Origin: Pseudomonas sp.
GTDB lineage: Bacteria; Pseudomonadota; Gammaproteobacteria; Pseudomonadales; Pseudomonadaceae
Direction of reading: 5' to 3'
Assembly: GCF_040514055.1 (NCBI RefSeq)
Contig: NZ_JBEVDL010000094.1
Coordinates: 11,386-75,385 of the forward strand
DNA: 64,000 nucleotides
The notes beneath the pieces were generated by a model. The model saw only the letters and a program-made list of their open reading frames with translations, searched no databases and had not been told where the DNA came from. Shown here piece by piece: positions 1 to 9,974 of the stretch. Position 1 is the stretch's first letter. The number at the start of each line of letters is the position of its first letter. A program made the position numbers and the translations under genes.

Positions 1-393
1 GGCCTTGGGCTTGTAGGCGCAGAAGCCCGGGCGTGGGCCGATCTTGGGGTGGTTGCGGCACGTGTCCGGGCGCAGGTCGTATACGGTGCACAGGCGACTC
101 TTGCGGTCCAGGTACAGGCAGTCGTTATTGCCCATGCGCACCAGGGTGAAGATTTCGCTCTTCTGGTGGAAACGTTCGACCACCCCTTCCTTCATCAGGC
201 GCTTGGCGATCTGCTTGCGCGGCTCGCCGCGCTCGAACTCCTGGACCAGGCCGAGGCGCAGCAGGTCGTTGAAGCGCACTTCCACCGGCAGGGTGCAGCA
301 ACTGGAGTTGCAGCTGCTGCACATGGTCTTTTCGTACTTGATCCAGGTATCCGTCCGATCGAGTTCGGCACCGACGATCAACAACTTGTTCAT
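1..393 (-). CDS. YkgJ-family cysteine-cluster protein (3' end runs off window)
   Basis: Manual translation from ATG at 393: MNKLLIVGAELDRTDTWIKYEKTMCSSCNSSCC...DCLYLDRKSRLCTVYDLRPDTCR; CxxCxxxCC plus C-x-Y-L..C-x-x-Y-x-x-R-P-x-x-C-R motifs. Absent from the ORF track because there is no stop in the window. Confidence 0.85.
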   Translation of the reverse strand, partial: MNKLLIVGAELDRTDTWIKYEKTMCSSCNSSCCTLPVEVRFNDLLRLGLVQEFERGEPRKQIAKRLMKEGVVERFHQKSEIFTLVRMGNNDCLYLDRKSRLCTVYDLRPDTCRNHPKIGPRPGFCAYKPKA

Positions 394-622
394 TTTCCAC
401 ACCTGTAGCGGGGCGTTCTGGGCGCGGCATGATAGCGGTGTTGGTGAATTTGTGAACAAAGATCTGCTGGCTGGTCGTGATCAGGCCGGTGAATGGTGGC
501 GAAATGTGCCTGCTTCTCAGAGTACGGGCGTCTCAGTGGTACCAGTGCAGGGGTTGTTATAGGCTCGTCGGCGGTTACCGAGGCGCTACGCCCCCACTAC
601 TTCTCCCTTAGAGGCGCACTGC

Positions 623-3600
623 ATGCAATGGCTGTTCATGCTGGTCGGTTTGCTGTGCGGTGGGCTGGTCAGCCAGTCCACCTCGGGGGCGATACTGGGC
701 TTTCTGCTCGGCTTGGGGCTGGCGCAGGCGCTGCGCCTGGAAACGCTGGCGCGGGAAAACGCGCGCCTGACCCTGCAGCTGAAAACCTTTGCCGCGCGTT
801 TCGATGACGGCACCGAGGCGCTGCACGAACGACTGCGGCGGCTCGAGCAGGCGCCCGTCGAGCCGCCGGTCCAGGCCACAGAGCCCTCCGTGGTCGCGCC
901 GGCCGAGGTCGAAGTGCCTGCGCCCCCGGTGCGGGTAGCGGTTCCTCATGCGCCGCTGCCAGCGTCGCCGGAGCTGATCTGGGAACTGCCGGCCGACCTG
1001 CCCTTCGAGGCGCCGCGCCAGTCTGCCAGCGCGGATGCAACTCGGCAGGAGCCCTCGCCTTGGGTCGCCGAAGCGGTTGAATCGCCTGCGCCGCCGCCAC
1101 GCCCGCCCGCCCAGGCGCCTGAACCGCGCCAGCCCTCCATCGTCGAGCATGGCTTCGAGCTGGCCAAGGCCTGGCTGTTCGGCGGCAATACGGTGCTGCG
1201 CATTGGCGTGGTGCTGTTGTTTCTCGGCCTGGCGTTTTTGCTGCGTTATGCCACCGAAGGCATGGTGGTGCCCCTGGAAGCGCGTTACGCCGGGGTGGCC
1301 GCCAGCGCCATGGCCTTGCTGGGGCTGGGCTGGTGGCTACGGCTGCGCAACCCCAACTACGGCCTGATGCTGCAGGGCGCCGGGATCGCGGTGATGTACC
1401 TGACAGTGTTCGCCGCCATGCGCCTGCACCCACTGCTCGATCCGAAGGCAGCGCTCGGCCTGCTGGTGTTGGTGACCCTATGTTCGGCGATCCTGGCGGT
1501 GACCCAGAATGCCCTCGGGTTGGCGGTCGCGGCGGCGCTCGGCGGTTTTGCCGCGCCGATCCTGACGTCCACCGGCAGCGGCAACCATGTGGCGCTGTTT
1601 TCCTACTTTATCCTGCTCAATGGCGGCATTTTCGCCATCGCCTGGTTCAAAGCCTGGCGACTGCTCAACCTGGTCGGTTTTGTCGGCACCTTTGGCATCG
1701 GTTTCGCCTGGGGGCTGAAGAACTATGCGCCAGAGTTGTTAGGGAGCACCGAGCCATTCCTGCTGCTGTTTTTCCTGATGTACGTGGCCATCGGCCTGTT
1801 GTTCGCCCGGCGCAAGCTGCGCGAGGCGGCAGCGGCGGGAGAGGCGCCGCTCGAGCGCGACGCCTTGCTGCGCTGGTCGGCGCGCCAGGGCGACTATGTC
1901 GATGGCACCGTGCTGTTCGGCCCGCCGCTGGTGGGGTTTGGTCTGCAGGTCGCGCTGGTGCGCCACCTGGAGTTCGGCGCCGCGTTCAGCGCCCTGGGCC
2001 TGGGCCTGTTCTACCTGACCCTGGCGACCCTGTTGGCTCGGCGCACGGCCGGGCGCGCCTCGCTGCTGGTGGAAACCTGCCTGGCCCTGGGTGTGGTATT
2101 CGCCAGCCTGGCGATTCCCCTGGGCCTGGACGCCAGCTGGACCTCCGCCGCCTGGGCGGTGGAAGGGGCGGGTATCTACTGGCTGGGCTTGCGCCAGGGT
2201 CGCCGGCTGGCGCGCGCCTTTGCCCTGTTGCTGCAGGCCGGTGCCGCCCTGGCCTTTCTCCCGGGGCTGCGGGTCGGCATGGACAGCCTGCTGCAGGGCT
2301 CGCCCTTGGGCGCCTTGATGCTCGGCCTGGCGCTGTCGTTCAGCTATTGGCAACTGCGCCAGCGGGCTACTGCCCCCGCAGTGCTCAGTGACCGGCAGGG
2401 TCGGCTATTACCGTGGCTGGCGGTGGCCGGCCTGGGGTTCCTGTACCTGATCGCGCCGCTGCTGTTCGGCGCCGAGGCCACTGCCATCAGTTGGGCGCTG
2501 GCGGGCCTGGCAACGCTCTGGCTGGGCCTGCGCCTGCAGGCGCGGGTCTTTCTGTTCTGCGCCTTTGCCGTGCAGTTGCTCGGTGGCCTGGTGTTCCTGC
2601 TGCAGCTCGACGCGGGTCAGGGGGCGGCGGGCGGCGTACTGGACGACGGCTGGCGCGGCTTGCTGACGGCATCGCTGATCGGCCTGACGCTGATCGGCGG
2701 CATGCTGTTGGCGGTGCGCGACCCACTGGTGCAGTGCGACCGCCGGTTACTGCGCGGCATGTCGGTGCTGCTGTTGCTTGGCCTGGTCTTTCTTAACCTG
2801 GCAGTGTTGTTCGTATTGCCCTGGCAGAGCGCCAGCGCGGTCTGGGGTGGCAGCGGCTTGTTGATCGTCTGGCTCAGTTTGCAGCTGCAACAGCGCGCCA
2901 GTTTCGTTTTCGGCCTGGCGTTGCAAGTCCTGGGCGGGCTGGCGTTCCTGGCCGCCAGCCCGCTGCTGCTGGGCCGTCTCAGTGGCGAAGGCTTGAGCCC
3001 GCTGGCCCATGCCGGTTTCTGGACTCCGGCGGTGCTGGCCCTGGCCGCCCTGGTCGGTGCCTGGCGCCTGCAGCAGGCTCGCCCCGCCGATCAGGCGCTC
3101 AGCGCGATCAGCCTGGCCCAGCTGTCCCAGTTGCTGCTGGTCTGGGGCGGCGCCTGGTGGGTACTGGCCGGGGTCAGCGAGGTGCTGCGTTTCTGCATCC
3201 CTGAGCGGCACGCGGCGGCGCTGCTGCTGGTGGCGGCCGTCACCGCCGCGCTCTGGGCCCTGGTCGCCGTGCGCAGTCAATGGCGTGGCCTGGCCGCCCT
3301 GTGTGCCTTGCTGGTTCCCGCCGGGGCACTGGTGCTGCTGTACGCCTGGCACAGCCGGTATCACCCGGCGGCGGAGTTCGGTTGGCTCGGCTGGGGGCTG
3401 GTGTTCGCCGTGCACCTGCTGAGTCTGCGGCGCCTGGCCCCCTTGCTGCCCGCGGGGCCGCTGAGTGCCAGCCATGTACTGGGCTGCTGGTTGATCCTCG
3501 GCGTGTTGTCGCTGGAGCTGCGCTACCTGCTGTACGCCTTGTCCGAGCAATACAACGCCTGGCGCTGGCTGGGCTGGGCGCTGTTGCCCAGCGCCTACCT

Positions 3601-4279
3601 GTGGTGGACCGTGCAACCGGCCGGGTCCAGTTGGACCGCGCCGGCGCGTGGCCCATGGCCGTTGTCCGCCTTCCCCCGGGAATACCGGCTGTGGGCGGCG
3701 GCGCCCCTGGCCGGCCTGATGCTGGCGTGGTTCTGGCTGGCCACCTTGTTCAGCGACGGCAACGCCGACCCCTTGCCCTACCTGCCGTTGCTCAATCCCC
3801 TGGAACTGGGATTGGCGATCAGCCTGCTCTGCCTGTATCGCTGGTTGGCTTTCGGCCTGGTGCCCTTGGGTATCGCCGAGCCCCAGGCCACCCGGCTGCC
3901 GCTGCTGCTGGCCGGCGCGTCGCTGTTCGCCCTGCTCAGCACCGCGGTGCTGCGCGCGGTACATCAGTGGGGCGGGGTACCTTACCGTATTGGGCCGCTG
4001 CTCGAGTCGATGCAGGTGCAAGCCGGCTGGTCGCTGGTCTGGACCCTGATCGCGTTGCCGCTGATGATCCTCGGCCATCGCCGCGGACGTCGCGAACTGT
4101 GGCTGTTGGGCGCCGCCTTGATCGGAGTCGTGGTGGCCAAGCTGTTTTTCGTCGAGCTGGGCAATCGTGGCGGCCTGGAACGCATCGTGTCCTTTATCGG
4201 AGTGGGCGTGCTGTTGCTGGTGGTGGGTTACTTCGCCCCCCTGCCGCCCCGTCAAACCCAACCGGAGACCGAGCGTTGA
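623..4279 (+). CDS. DUF2339-family large polytopic membrane protein (1218 aa)
   Basis: Pro-rich N-terminal linker, then WLFGGNTVLRIGVVLLFLGLAFLLRY and a C-terminal RIVSFIGVGVLLLVVGYFAP; many hydrophobic segments. Confidence 0.85.
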   Translation: MQWLFMLVGLLCGGLVSQSTSGAILGFLLGLGLAQALRLETLARENARLTLQLKTFAARFDDGTEALHERLRRLEQAPVEPPVQATEPSVVAPAEVEVPAPPVRVAVPHAPLPASPELIWELPADLPFEAPRQSASADATRQEPSPWVAEAVESPAPPPRPPAQAPEPRQPSIVEHGFELAKAWLFGGNTVLRIGVVLLFLGLAFLLRYATEGMVVPLEARYAGVAASAMALLGLGWWLRLRNPNYGLMLQGAGIAVMYLTVFAAMRLHPLLDPKAALGLLVLVTLCSAILAVTQNALGLAVAAALGGFAAPILTSTGSGNHVALFSYFILLNGGIFAIAWFKAWRLLNLVGFVGTFGIGFAWGLKNYAPELLGSTEPFLLLFFLMYVAIGLLFARRKLREAAAAGEAPLERDALLRWSARQGDYVDGTVLFGPPLVGFGLQVALVRHLEFGAAFSALGLGLFYLTLATLLARRTAGRASLLVETCLALGVVFASLAIPLGLDASWTSAAWAVEGAGIYWLGLRQGRRLARAFALLLQAGAALAFLPGLRVGMDSLLQGSPLGALMLGLALSFSYWQLRQRATAPAVLSDRQGRLLPWLAVAGLGFLYLIAPLLFGAEATAISWALAGLATLWLGLRLQARVFLFCAFAVQLLGGLVFLLQLDAGQGAAGGVLDDGWRGLLTASLIGLTLIGGMLLAVRDPLVQCDRRLLRGMSVLLLLGLVFLNLAVLFVLPWQSASAVWGGSGLLIVWLSLQLQQRASFVFGLALQVLGGLAFLAASPLLLGRLSGEGLSPLAHAGFWTPAVLALAALVGAWRLQQARPADQALSAISLAQLSQLLLVWGGAWWVLAGVSEVLRFCIPERHAAALLLVAAVTAALWALVAVRSQWRGLAALCALLVPAGALVLLYAWHSRYHPAAEFGWLGWGLVFAVHLLSLRRLAPLLPAGPLSASHVLGCWLILGVLSLELRYLLYALSEQYNAWRWLGWALLPSAYLWWTVQPAGSSWTAPARGPWPLSAFPREYRLWAAAPLAGLMLAWFWLATLFSDGNADPLPYLPLLNPLELGLAISLLCLYRWLAFGLVPLGIAEPQATRLPLLLAGASLFALLSTAVLRAVHQWGGVPYRIGPLLESMQVQAGWSLVWTLIALPLMILGHRRGRRELWLLGAALIGVVVAKLFFVELGNRGGLERIVSFIGVGVLLLVVGYFAPLPPRQTQPETER

Positions 4280-5667
4280 AGACCTCTCGCCCCACGCTGT
4301 TTCACCTCTTGGGCGCTGCCGCGCTGCTGGCCTGCGCCGACCTGAACATGGCGCTTGAGGCGCCGGCGGGCCCGGCCGCGGTCACGGACTTCGCCAGCCA
4401 CGGCGACTTGACCCTGAGCGGGGAAGGGCCCTGGTACCGGCTGGAGTTGCCCATGGCGTTGCGCTTCGCCGCCGGGCACGCCGACCTTCGCGACCTGCGG
4501 GTGTTCGATGCTCAGGGCCAGGCCCAGGCCTACGCTCTGACCCGGGAGCGTTCCGAGACCGCAACCACGGCTCAGGAGATCCAGGCGCGGCGTTTCCCCC
4601 TCTACGGCGCGGCGGATGCCACCCCCGATCTGTCGAGCATCCGCGTGCAGCGCGGTACCGACGGGACCCTGATCGAGGTGCTGCCCGAGGCGCCGCCGCT
4701 GGCCCAGGGTCAGGTGCTGCGCGGTTGGCTGCTGGACGGCGGTGCCCTCGACCTGCCGCTGCAACGGCTGATTCTCGACTGGAGTGCCGAGTCCGAAGGC
4801 TTTCAGCGGTTCTCCATCGAGGCCAGCGACGACCTGCAACAGTGGCAGCCCTGGGGTGAGGGACAGATTGCCCGGCTGACGTTCGCCGCCGAGCGTATCG
4901 AGCAGCCCGAGGTCGAGCTGCCGGGGCAGTCCGCGCGCTACCTGCGCCTGCTCTGGCAGGCCCCCACCCAGGCGCCGCAGTTGCAGGGCGCCCGCTTGAT
5001 CGGCGCCAGCCGCGCCGAGCAGGCCCCGCCGTTGAGCTGGTCGGAGCCCTTGCCCGGTCGGCGCCTGGAGAGCGGTGAATATCAATGGGAGTTGCCCCTG
5101 GCGCTGCCGCTGCAGCGCCTGCGGCTCGACCTGCAACAGCCCAATACCCTGGCCCCGGTGATCGTCAGTGGGCGCACGCCGCCGGCGTCCGCCTGGCAAC
5201 CGCTGGCCCGTGGCCTGCTCTACCGCCTGCCCGAAGGCGGACGTCAAGCCCGCCAGGACGAGCTGGAGCTGCCGGGTTGGCCCGTGCAGCAACTGAACCT
5301 GCGAGTCGATGCCCGGGGCGGGGGGCTGGGTGCCGAGGTACCGCAGGCCCGGGTGGCGGTGCACGCCACCGAGCTGGTCTTCCTCGCTCGTGGCAATGGG
5401 CCCTATACCCTGGCACTGGGCAACGTCTCGGCACGGGCGGCGGACCTGCCACTGGAGACGCTGATCCCCGGTTACAGCGCCGCTCGTTTGAGCGGGCTGG
5501 GCGTCGCGTCGGTGGCCAATGTGCGCCGACACGAAGCGCCAGTGGTCGTGGTGTCCTCGCCGGGGATCGACTGGAAGCGCATCGGCCTGTGGGCAGTGTT
5601 GCTGGCGGGCGTGGCGTTGCTGGCGGGCATGGCGTTCAGCCTGCTGCGCGCGCAACGCAGTCCTTAG
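4276..5667 (+). CDS. DUF3999-family exported protein with C-terminal membrane anchor
   Basis: TTG start at 4276 overlaps the upstream TGA, with GGAG upstream; signal-like N-terminus, DLRDLRVFDAQG motif, C-terminal WKRIGLWAVLLAGVALLAGMAFSLLR. Confidence 0.8.
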   Translation: MKTSRPTLFHLLGAAALLACADLNMALEAPAGPAAVTDFASHGDLTLSGEGPWYRLELPMALRFAAGHADLRDLRVFDAQGQAQAYALTRERSETATTAQEIQARRFPLYGAADATPDLSSIRVQRGTDGTLIEVLPEAPPLAQGQVLRGWLLDGGALDLPLQRLILDWSAESEGFQRFSIEASDDLQQWQPWGEGQIARLTFAAERIEQPEVELPGQSARYLRLLWQAPTQAPQLQGARLIGASRAEQAPPLSWSEPLPGRRLESGEYQWELPLALPLQRLRLDLQQPNTLAPVIVSGRTPPASAWQPLARGLLYRLPEGGRQARQDELELPGWPVQQLNLRVDARGGGLGAEVPQARVAVHATELVFLARGNGPYTLALGNVSARAADLPLETLIPGYSAARLSGLGVASVANVRRHEAPVVVVSSPGIDWKRIGLWAVLLAGVALLAGMAFSLLRAQRSP

Positions 5668-5832
5668 TCGCGAGAGGTCCGGGCGGTGTTTCGCTTCGGT
5701 GGCGGGGCGTTGCTCCTGGTCATGCCGGGTGCGGCCGCCGCCGAGGCCTGCCTGCGGGTGGAAAGCCTGTGCCGGGCGCTGCCCGCTGCGACATTGCCGG
5801 CTCGCAGCGGCGCTCAGCCGATCACCCTCTAG
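5668..5832 (+). pseudogene. Degenerate GGDEF (diguanylate cyclase) domain fragment
   Basis: Manual translation: SREVRAVFRFGGGALLLVMPGAAAAEACLRVESLCRALPAATLPARSGAQPITL*. Spacing matches the GGDEF stretch from R-x-GG(D/E)EF..LP to (I/V)T(L/V)SIG; the TAG stop is the CTAG at the MITE boundary. Confidence 0.65.
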
Positions 5833-6115
5833 GGCCTGCTCAGGCTCGCCACCCGCGCCGCGTTGCCGCGGAAAATGGCCCCAGGCCAGGCCAGGCCAAG
5901 CCGGGCGCGGGACGCTGGGGCAAGGGTCATTCCCTTGCCCAGTTTCGCAACGCCGTATGCGCTCTTATTCGCGCCACCCGCAGGGCCGGGCCTGTTTTGA
6001 TGGGATAAACGATTACGCATTGTTCGTTCGTCGGCCCTCGACGGCGCGTTGCATGCCGGGCCTGGTTTCAAAACCAGGTTCGCGCGGCCGTGCGGATAGT
6101 GTCCACAGGCCCTAG
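5829..6115 (+). mobile_element. MITE-like non-autonomous element, copy 1 (287 bp including both CTAG)
   Basis: Ends CTAGGGCCTG...CAGGCCCTAG; shares conserved blocks along its length with the reverse complement of 10833-11105; no transposase ORF. Confidence 0.75.
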
Positions 6116-6163
6116 TGCATTTGCTCTAGAAACTGGCTAGATTCACTGTCCTGTAAGTCCCAT

Positions 6164-6171
6164 AACAATAA
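6164..6171 (+). promoter_or_regulatory. Catabolite-activity (AANAANAA) motif, candidate Hfq/Crc site upstream of estA
   Basis: AACAATAA just upstream of the GAGGAG RBS and ATG at 6188. Confidence 0.55.
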
Positions 6172-6187
6172 TGTCGAGGAGTACCCC

Positions 6188-8104
6188 ATGAAACGAGTGT
6201 TGACGCCCCTGGCCGCCGCTTGCCTGCTGGCCCTGGCTCCCGCGGTACAGGCTTCGCCCTACAGCGGATTCGTGGTGTTCGGCGACAGCCTCAGCGATGC
6301 CGGGCAGTTTCCCGACACCGCGGGCCCGGACGGGGCGACCCGGCGTTTCACCAACCGGGTGGGCCCGACGTTCCAGGGCGGCTCCGGCGAAATCTACGCG
6401 CCCAATGCCACCATGCTGATCAGCGAGCAACTGGGCCTGGGGCCCTCGATTGGCTCGACCTCGCCGGTCAACGAAGCCCTGGGCCAGGCTGACGGGCGTA
6501 ACTATGCCGTGGGCGGCAATATCACGGCGCAGGTCTACGACTCGATCACCGGCAGCGGCGAAGGCTCGGTGGTCGAGACCACCGACGGCACCAACCTGCG
6601 GGTCCGCGAGGCCTATCTGGTGGAACTGGCCAACCGTGGCCTGGCCGTGGACCCGAACACCCTGTTTTATGTCAGCGCCGGCGGCAACGACTTTCTCGAC
6701 GGGCTGATTCTCAGCCAGCCCCAGGCGGTGGCCTCGGCCGGTCGTGTGGCGGACAGCGTGCGCGCCCTGCAGGCGGCGGGCGCGCGCTATATCGTGGTGC
6801 CATTGCTCGGCGATGTCAGCCAGACGCCTTTCGCCCTGAACGCCGGGGTCTCGGATTTTATCGCGCCGCTGGCGGCGGGTTTCAACCAGGAGCTGGCCCA
6901 CCAGCTGGCTGGCATCGACGCCGAAATCATCCCCTTGAATGTGCCGCTGTTGGTCAAGGAGGCCGTGGCCAATCCCGGCCAGTTCGGCCTGGCCACGGAC
7001 CAGAACCTGACCCTGACCTGCTTCGACGGCTGTGCCAACGTCAACCCGGTCTACGGGATCAACGGCACCACCCCGGATCCGACCCGCCTGCTGTTCAATG
7101 ACGGCGTGCACCCGACCATCACCGGCCAGCGCATCGTCGCCGACTACACCGTCTCGCTGCTTAGCGCACCCTACGAATTGACCCTGCTGCCGGAGATGGC
7201 CCACGGTACGTTGCGGGCCCACCAGGACCAGCTGCGCAGCCAATGGCAGGCCGATTGGCAGGCCTGGCAACCGGCCGGCCAACTGCGCACCTTTGTCAGT
7301 GGCTCGGGGCAGCAGCAGGATTTCGACCGTCAAGCGGCCTCGGTGGATGCCGACAGCGACGGATACGCCTTGAACCTGGGCGCCAGCTACCGGCTGGACG
7401 ACGCCTGGCGGGTTGGGTTGGCGCTGGGCCTGGACGAGCAGGAGCTGGATGCCGAGGCCTCGGATTACCAACTGCGCAGCTACCTGCTGACGGCCTTCGC
7501 CCAGTACCAGCACAACCGCTGGTGGGCCGACCTGAGCGCCACCGGGGGCAAGCTGGACTATGACGACCTGCAGCGTGGTTTCGACCTGGGCGTCGGCCAG
7601 CGCACGGAAAAAGGCGACACCGAGGGGGATCTGTGGGCCTTCGGCGGACGCCTGGGTTACGACATCGCGGAGGAGGGCAGCGTCTGGCACCTGAGCCCCT
7701 TTGTCAGCGGCGACTACGCCCGGGTCGAGGTCGACGGCTATTCCGAGAGCGGCGCACGCTCCACGGCGCTGGCCTTCGGCGACCAGGAACGCACGTCCAA
7801 GCGCCTCGGCGTGGGCCTGCAAGGGCGTTACGCCTTGAGCGCCGACACCCAGCTGTTCGGCGAAGTGGCCCATGAGCGTGAGTACGAGGACGACGCCAGC
7901 GAGCTCGACCTGTCCCTCAACAGCCTGCCAAGCCTGGGCTTCAGCCTGCAGGGCTACACCCCGGAGGACAAGATGAACCGCGTCAGCCTGGGCTTCAACC
8001 AGCAACTGGGCAGCGGCCTGGCCTTGCGCGGCGGCTACAGCCTGCGCCAGGGCGAAGACGACACCCAACAGGGCGTCAACCTGTCGCTGGTGCTCGACCT
8101 CTAA
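6188..8104 (+). CDS. estA: Autotransporter GDSL esterase
   Basis: Signal peptide, VFGDSLSDAG block I, YAVGG, GGNDF, LFNDGVHPT block V, and a C-terminal autotransporter beta-barrel. Confidence 0.93.
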   Translation: MKRVLTPLAAACLLALAPAVQASPYSGFVVFGDSLSDAGQFPDTAGPDGATRRFTNRVGPTFQGGSGEIYAPNATMLISEQLGLGPSIGSTSPVNEALGQADGRNYAVGGNITAQVYDSITGSGEGSVVETTDGTNLRVREAYLVELANRGLAVDPNTLFYVSAGGNDFLDGLILSQPQAVASAGRVADSVRALQAAGARYIVVPLLGDVSQTPFALNAGVSDFIAPLAAGFNQELAHQLAGIDAEIIPLNVPLLVKEAVANPGQFGLATDQNLTLTCFDGCANVNPVYGINGTTPDPTRLLFNDGVHPTITGQRIVADYTVSLLSAPYELTLLPEMAHGTLRAHQDQLRSQWQADWQAWQPAGQLRTFVSGSGQQQDFDRQAASVDADSDGYALNLGASYRLDDAWRVGLALGLDEQELDAEASDYQLRSYLLTAFAQYQHNRWWADLSATGGKLDYDDLQRGFDLGVGQRTEKGDTEGDLWAFGGRLGYDIAEEGSVWHLSPFVSGDYARVEVDGYSESGARSTALAFGDQERTSKRLGVGLQGRYALSADTQLFGEVAHEREYEDDASELDLSLNSLPSLGFSLQGYTPEDKMNRVSLGFNQQLGSGLALRGGYSLRQGEDDTQQGVNLSLVLDL

Positions 8105-8112
8105 CGGCCTGC

Positions 8113-8142
8113 GGGCCACGCCGGAGGCGTCCGGCGTGGCCC
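8113..8142 (+). terminator. 13-bp perfect hairpin after estA (terminator or stability element)
   Basis: GGGCCACGCCGGA-GGCG-TCCGGCGTGGCCC; no clear U tract. Confidence 0.5.
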
Positions 8143-8295
8143 CGGATGGTCACTGCCCCCCCTTTCCACCGGTCCGGACTGTGCGGCAAGTCCGGCTTGT
8201 CGGGCTGTGCTCACTGAACTCTGCATAACGCCGCTCTGTCTGAGGCAAGGCACTCGCGCTAAACTGCGCGGGTTTTCCTTCCCCCGGAGCCTTCC

Positions 8296-9303
8296 ATGTC
8301 CCGCGTTACCCTCAGCCGCTACTTGATCGAGCAGACCCGCAGCAACAACACCCCGGCCGACCTGCGGTTCCTAATCGAGGTGGTGGCCCGCGCGTGCAAG
8401 GAGATCAGCCATGCGGTGTCCAAGGGCGCCCTGGGTGGTGTGCTCGGCAGCATGGAAACCGAAAACGTCCAGGGCGAGGTGCAGAAAAAGCTCGACGTGC
8501 TGTCCAACGAAATCCTCCTGGAGGCCAACGAGTGGGGCGGTCACCTGGCCGGCATGGCGTCCGAAGAAATGGACAATGCCTACCAGATCCCTGGCCAGTA
8601 CCCCAAGGGTGCCTATCTGTTGGTGTTCGACCCGCTGGACGGCTCGTCCAATATCGATGTGAACGTCTCGGTCGGCACGATTTTCTCGGTGCTGCGCTGT
8701 CCCGAGCGCAATGGCGAGAGCGGTGACCTGGGCGAGGACGCGTTCCTGCAGCCGGGCACCGAGCAGGTTGCGGCCGGTTATGCCATCTATGGTCCCCAGA
8801 CGATGCTGATGCTGACCCTTGGCGACGGCGTCAAGGGCTTTACCCTGGACCGCGAGCTGGGCAGTTTCGTCATGACCCACGACAACATCCGCATCCCGGC
8901 CACCACCCAGGAATTCGCCATCAACATGTCCAACCAGCGCCACTGGGAAGCGCCGGTGACGCGTTATGTCGAAGAGCTGCTGGCCGGCAAGAGCGGTCCC
9001 CTGGGCAAGGACTACAACATGCGTTGGGTCGCGGCCATGGTGGCCGACGTGCACCGCATCCTGACCCGCGGCGGCCTGTTCATGTACCCGCGCGACAGCC
9101 GCGAACCGCAAAAGCCCGGCAAGCTGCGTCTGATGTACGAAGCCAACCCGATGTCCTTTATCGTCGAACAGGCCGGCGGCGCCGCGACCAATGGCCTGCA
9201 ACGCATCCTCGATATCCAGCCGACCTCCCTGCACCAGCGGGTAGCGGTCTTCCTCGGCTCCAAGGAAGAAGTCGAGCGCGTCAGCGCCTATCACCAGGCC
9301 TGA
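8296..9303 (+). CDS. fbp: Class 1 fructose-1,6-bisphosphatase
   Basis: [23 protein letters not shown] and [11 protein letters not shown] motifs. Confidence 0.97.
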   Translation: MSRVTLSRYLIEQTRSNNTPADLRFLIEVVARACKEISHAVSKGALGGVLGSMETENVQGEVQKKLDVLSNEILLEANEWGGHLAGMASEEMDNAYQIPGQYPKGAYLLVFDPLDGSSNIDVNVSVGTIFSVLRCPERNGESGDLGEDAFLQPGTEQVAAGYAIYGPQTMLMLTLGDGVKGFTLDRELGSFVMTHDNIRIPATTQEFAINMSNQRHWEAPVTRYVEELLAGKSGPLGKDYNMRWVAAMVADVHRILTRGGLFMYPRDSREPQKPGKLRLMYEANPMSFIVEQAGGAATNGLQRILDIQPTSLHQRVAVFLGSKEEVERVSAYHQA

Positions 9304-9306
9304 AGT

Positions 9307-9909
9307 GTGACCGCGCCCTGGCAGCCGCTGCTGGACTGGTGGTTCGGGCCGCCGGCCACGGCGCTGGAGGTGGCGAGCGTGCGTCAGGGCCTGTGGTTCG
9401 GCAAACGAGCGGAGCAGGACCGCGAGGCGCGCGAGCGCTTTGGCGCGTTGCTCGAGCAGGCGCTGAAGGGTGGGCTGGAGGACTGGGCGCACAGCCCACC
9501 GGGCTGGCTGGCGTTGATCCTGCTGCTGGACCAGCTGCCGCGCATGGTGTTGCGCGACAGCGGCCGCGCCTATGCCGGCGACCTGCGGGCCCAGGCGCTG
9601 GTCGAGCGCGGCCTGGCCCAGGGCTGGGATCGGCAGGTGCCGGCCATCGCGCGGGTCTTTGTCTACCTGGTCTTCGAGCATGCCGAGGACTTGGCGCTGC
9701 AGGTGCGGGCCGTGCAGCTGTTTCGTGACCTGCGGGCCGAAGCCCCTGCCGCGGAGCAGTCATTGTTCGACGGTTACCTCGACTATGCCGAGCGGCACCG
9801 CCAGGTGATTGCCCGTTTCGGGCGTTTTCCCCATCGCAATGCCCTGCTCGACCGCCGGTCAACGGCCGAAGAACTGGGCTTCCTGCAGGAACCGGGCTCA
9901 GGCTTCTGA
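9307..9909 (+). CDS. DUF924-family protein
   Basis: GTG start; LALILLLDQLPR, FEHAED, RFGRFPHRNALL motifs. Confidence 0.88.
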   Translation: MTAPWQPLLDWWFGPPATALEVASVRQGLWFGKRAEQDREARERFGALLEQALKGGLEDWAHSPPGWLALILLLDQLPRMVLRDSGRAYAGDLRAQALVERGLAQGWDRQVPAIARVFVYLVFEHAEDLALQVRAVQLFRDLRAEAPAAEQSLFDGYLDYAERHRQVIARFGRFPHRNALLDRRSTAEELGFLQEPGSGF

Positions 9910-9974
9910 CGTCCAATACGTCACGCCGAGCCGTTTCGTTGCGTTTTCTATCGTCACCCCTAGGAATCACTGTC

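Noticed and set aside
3280-4275. N-terminal extension of the 795-aa ORF 3280-5667
   Set aside because: It overlaps DUF2339 out of frame; the real gene most likely starts at TTG 4276 with an RBS.
6126-6140. Two more CTAG sites next to MITE copy 1
   Set aside because: No TIR sequence adjoins them; may be chance.
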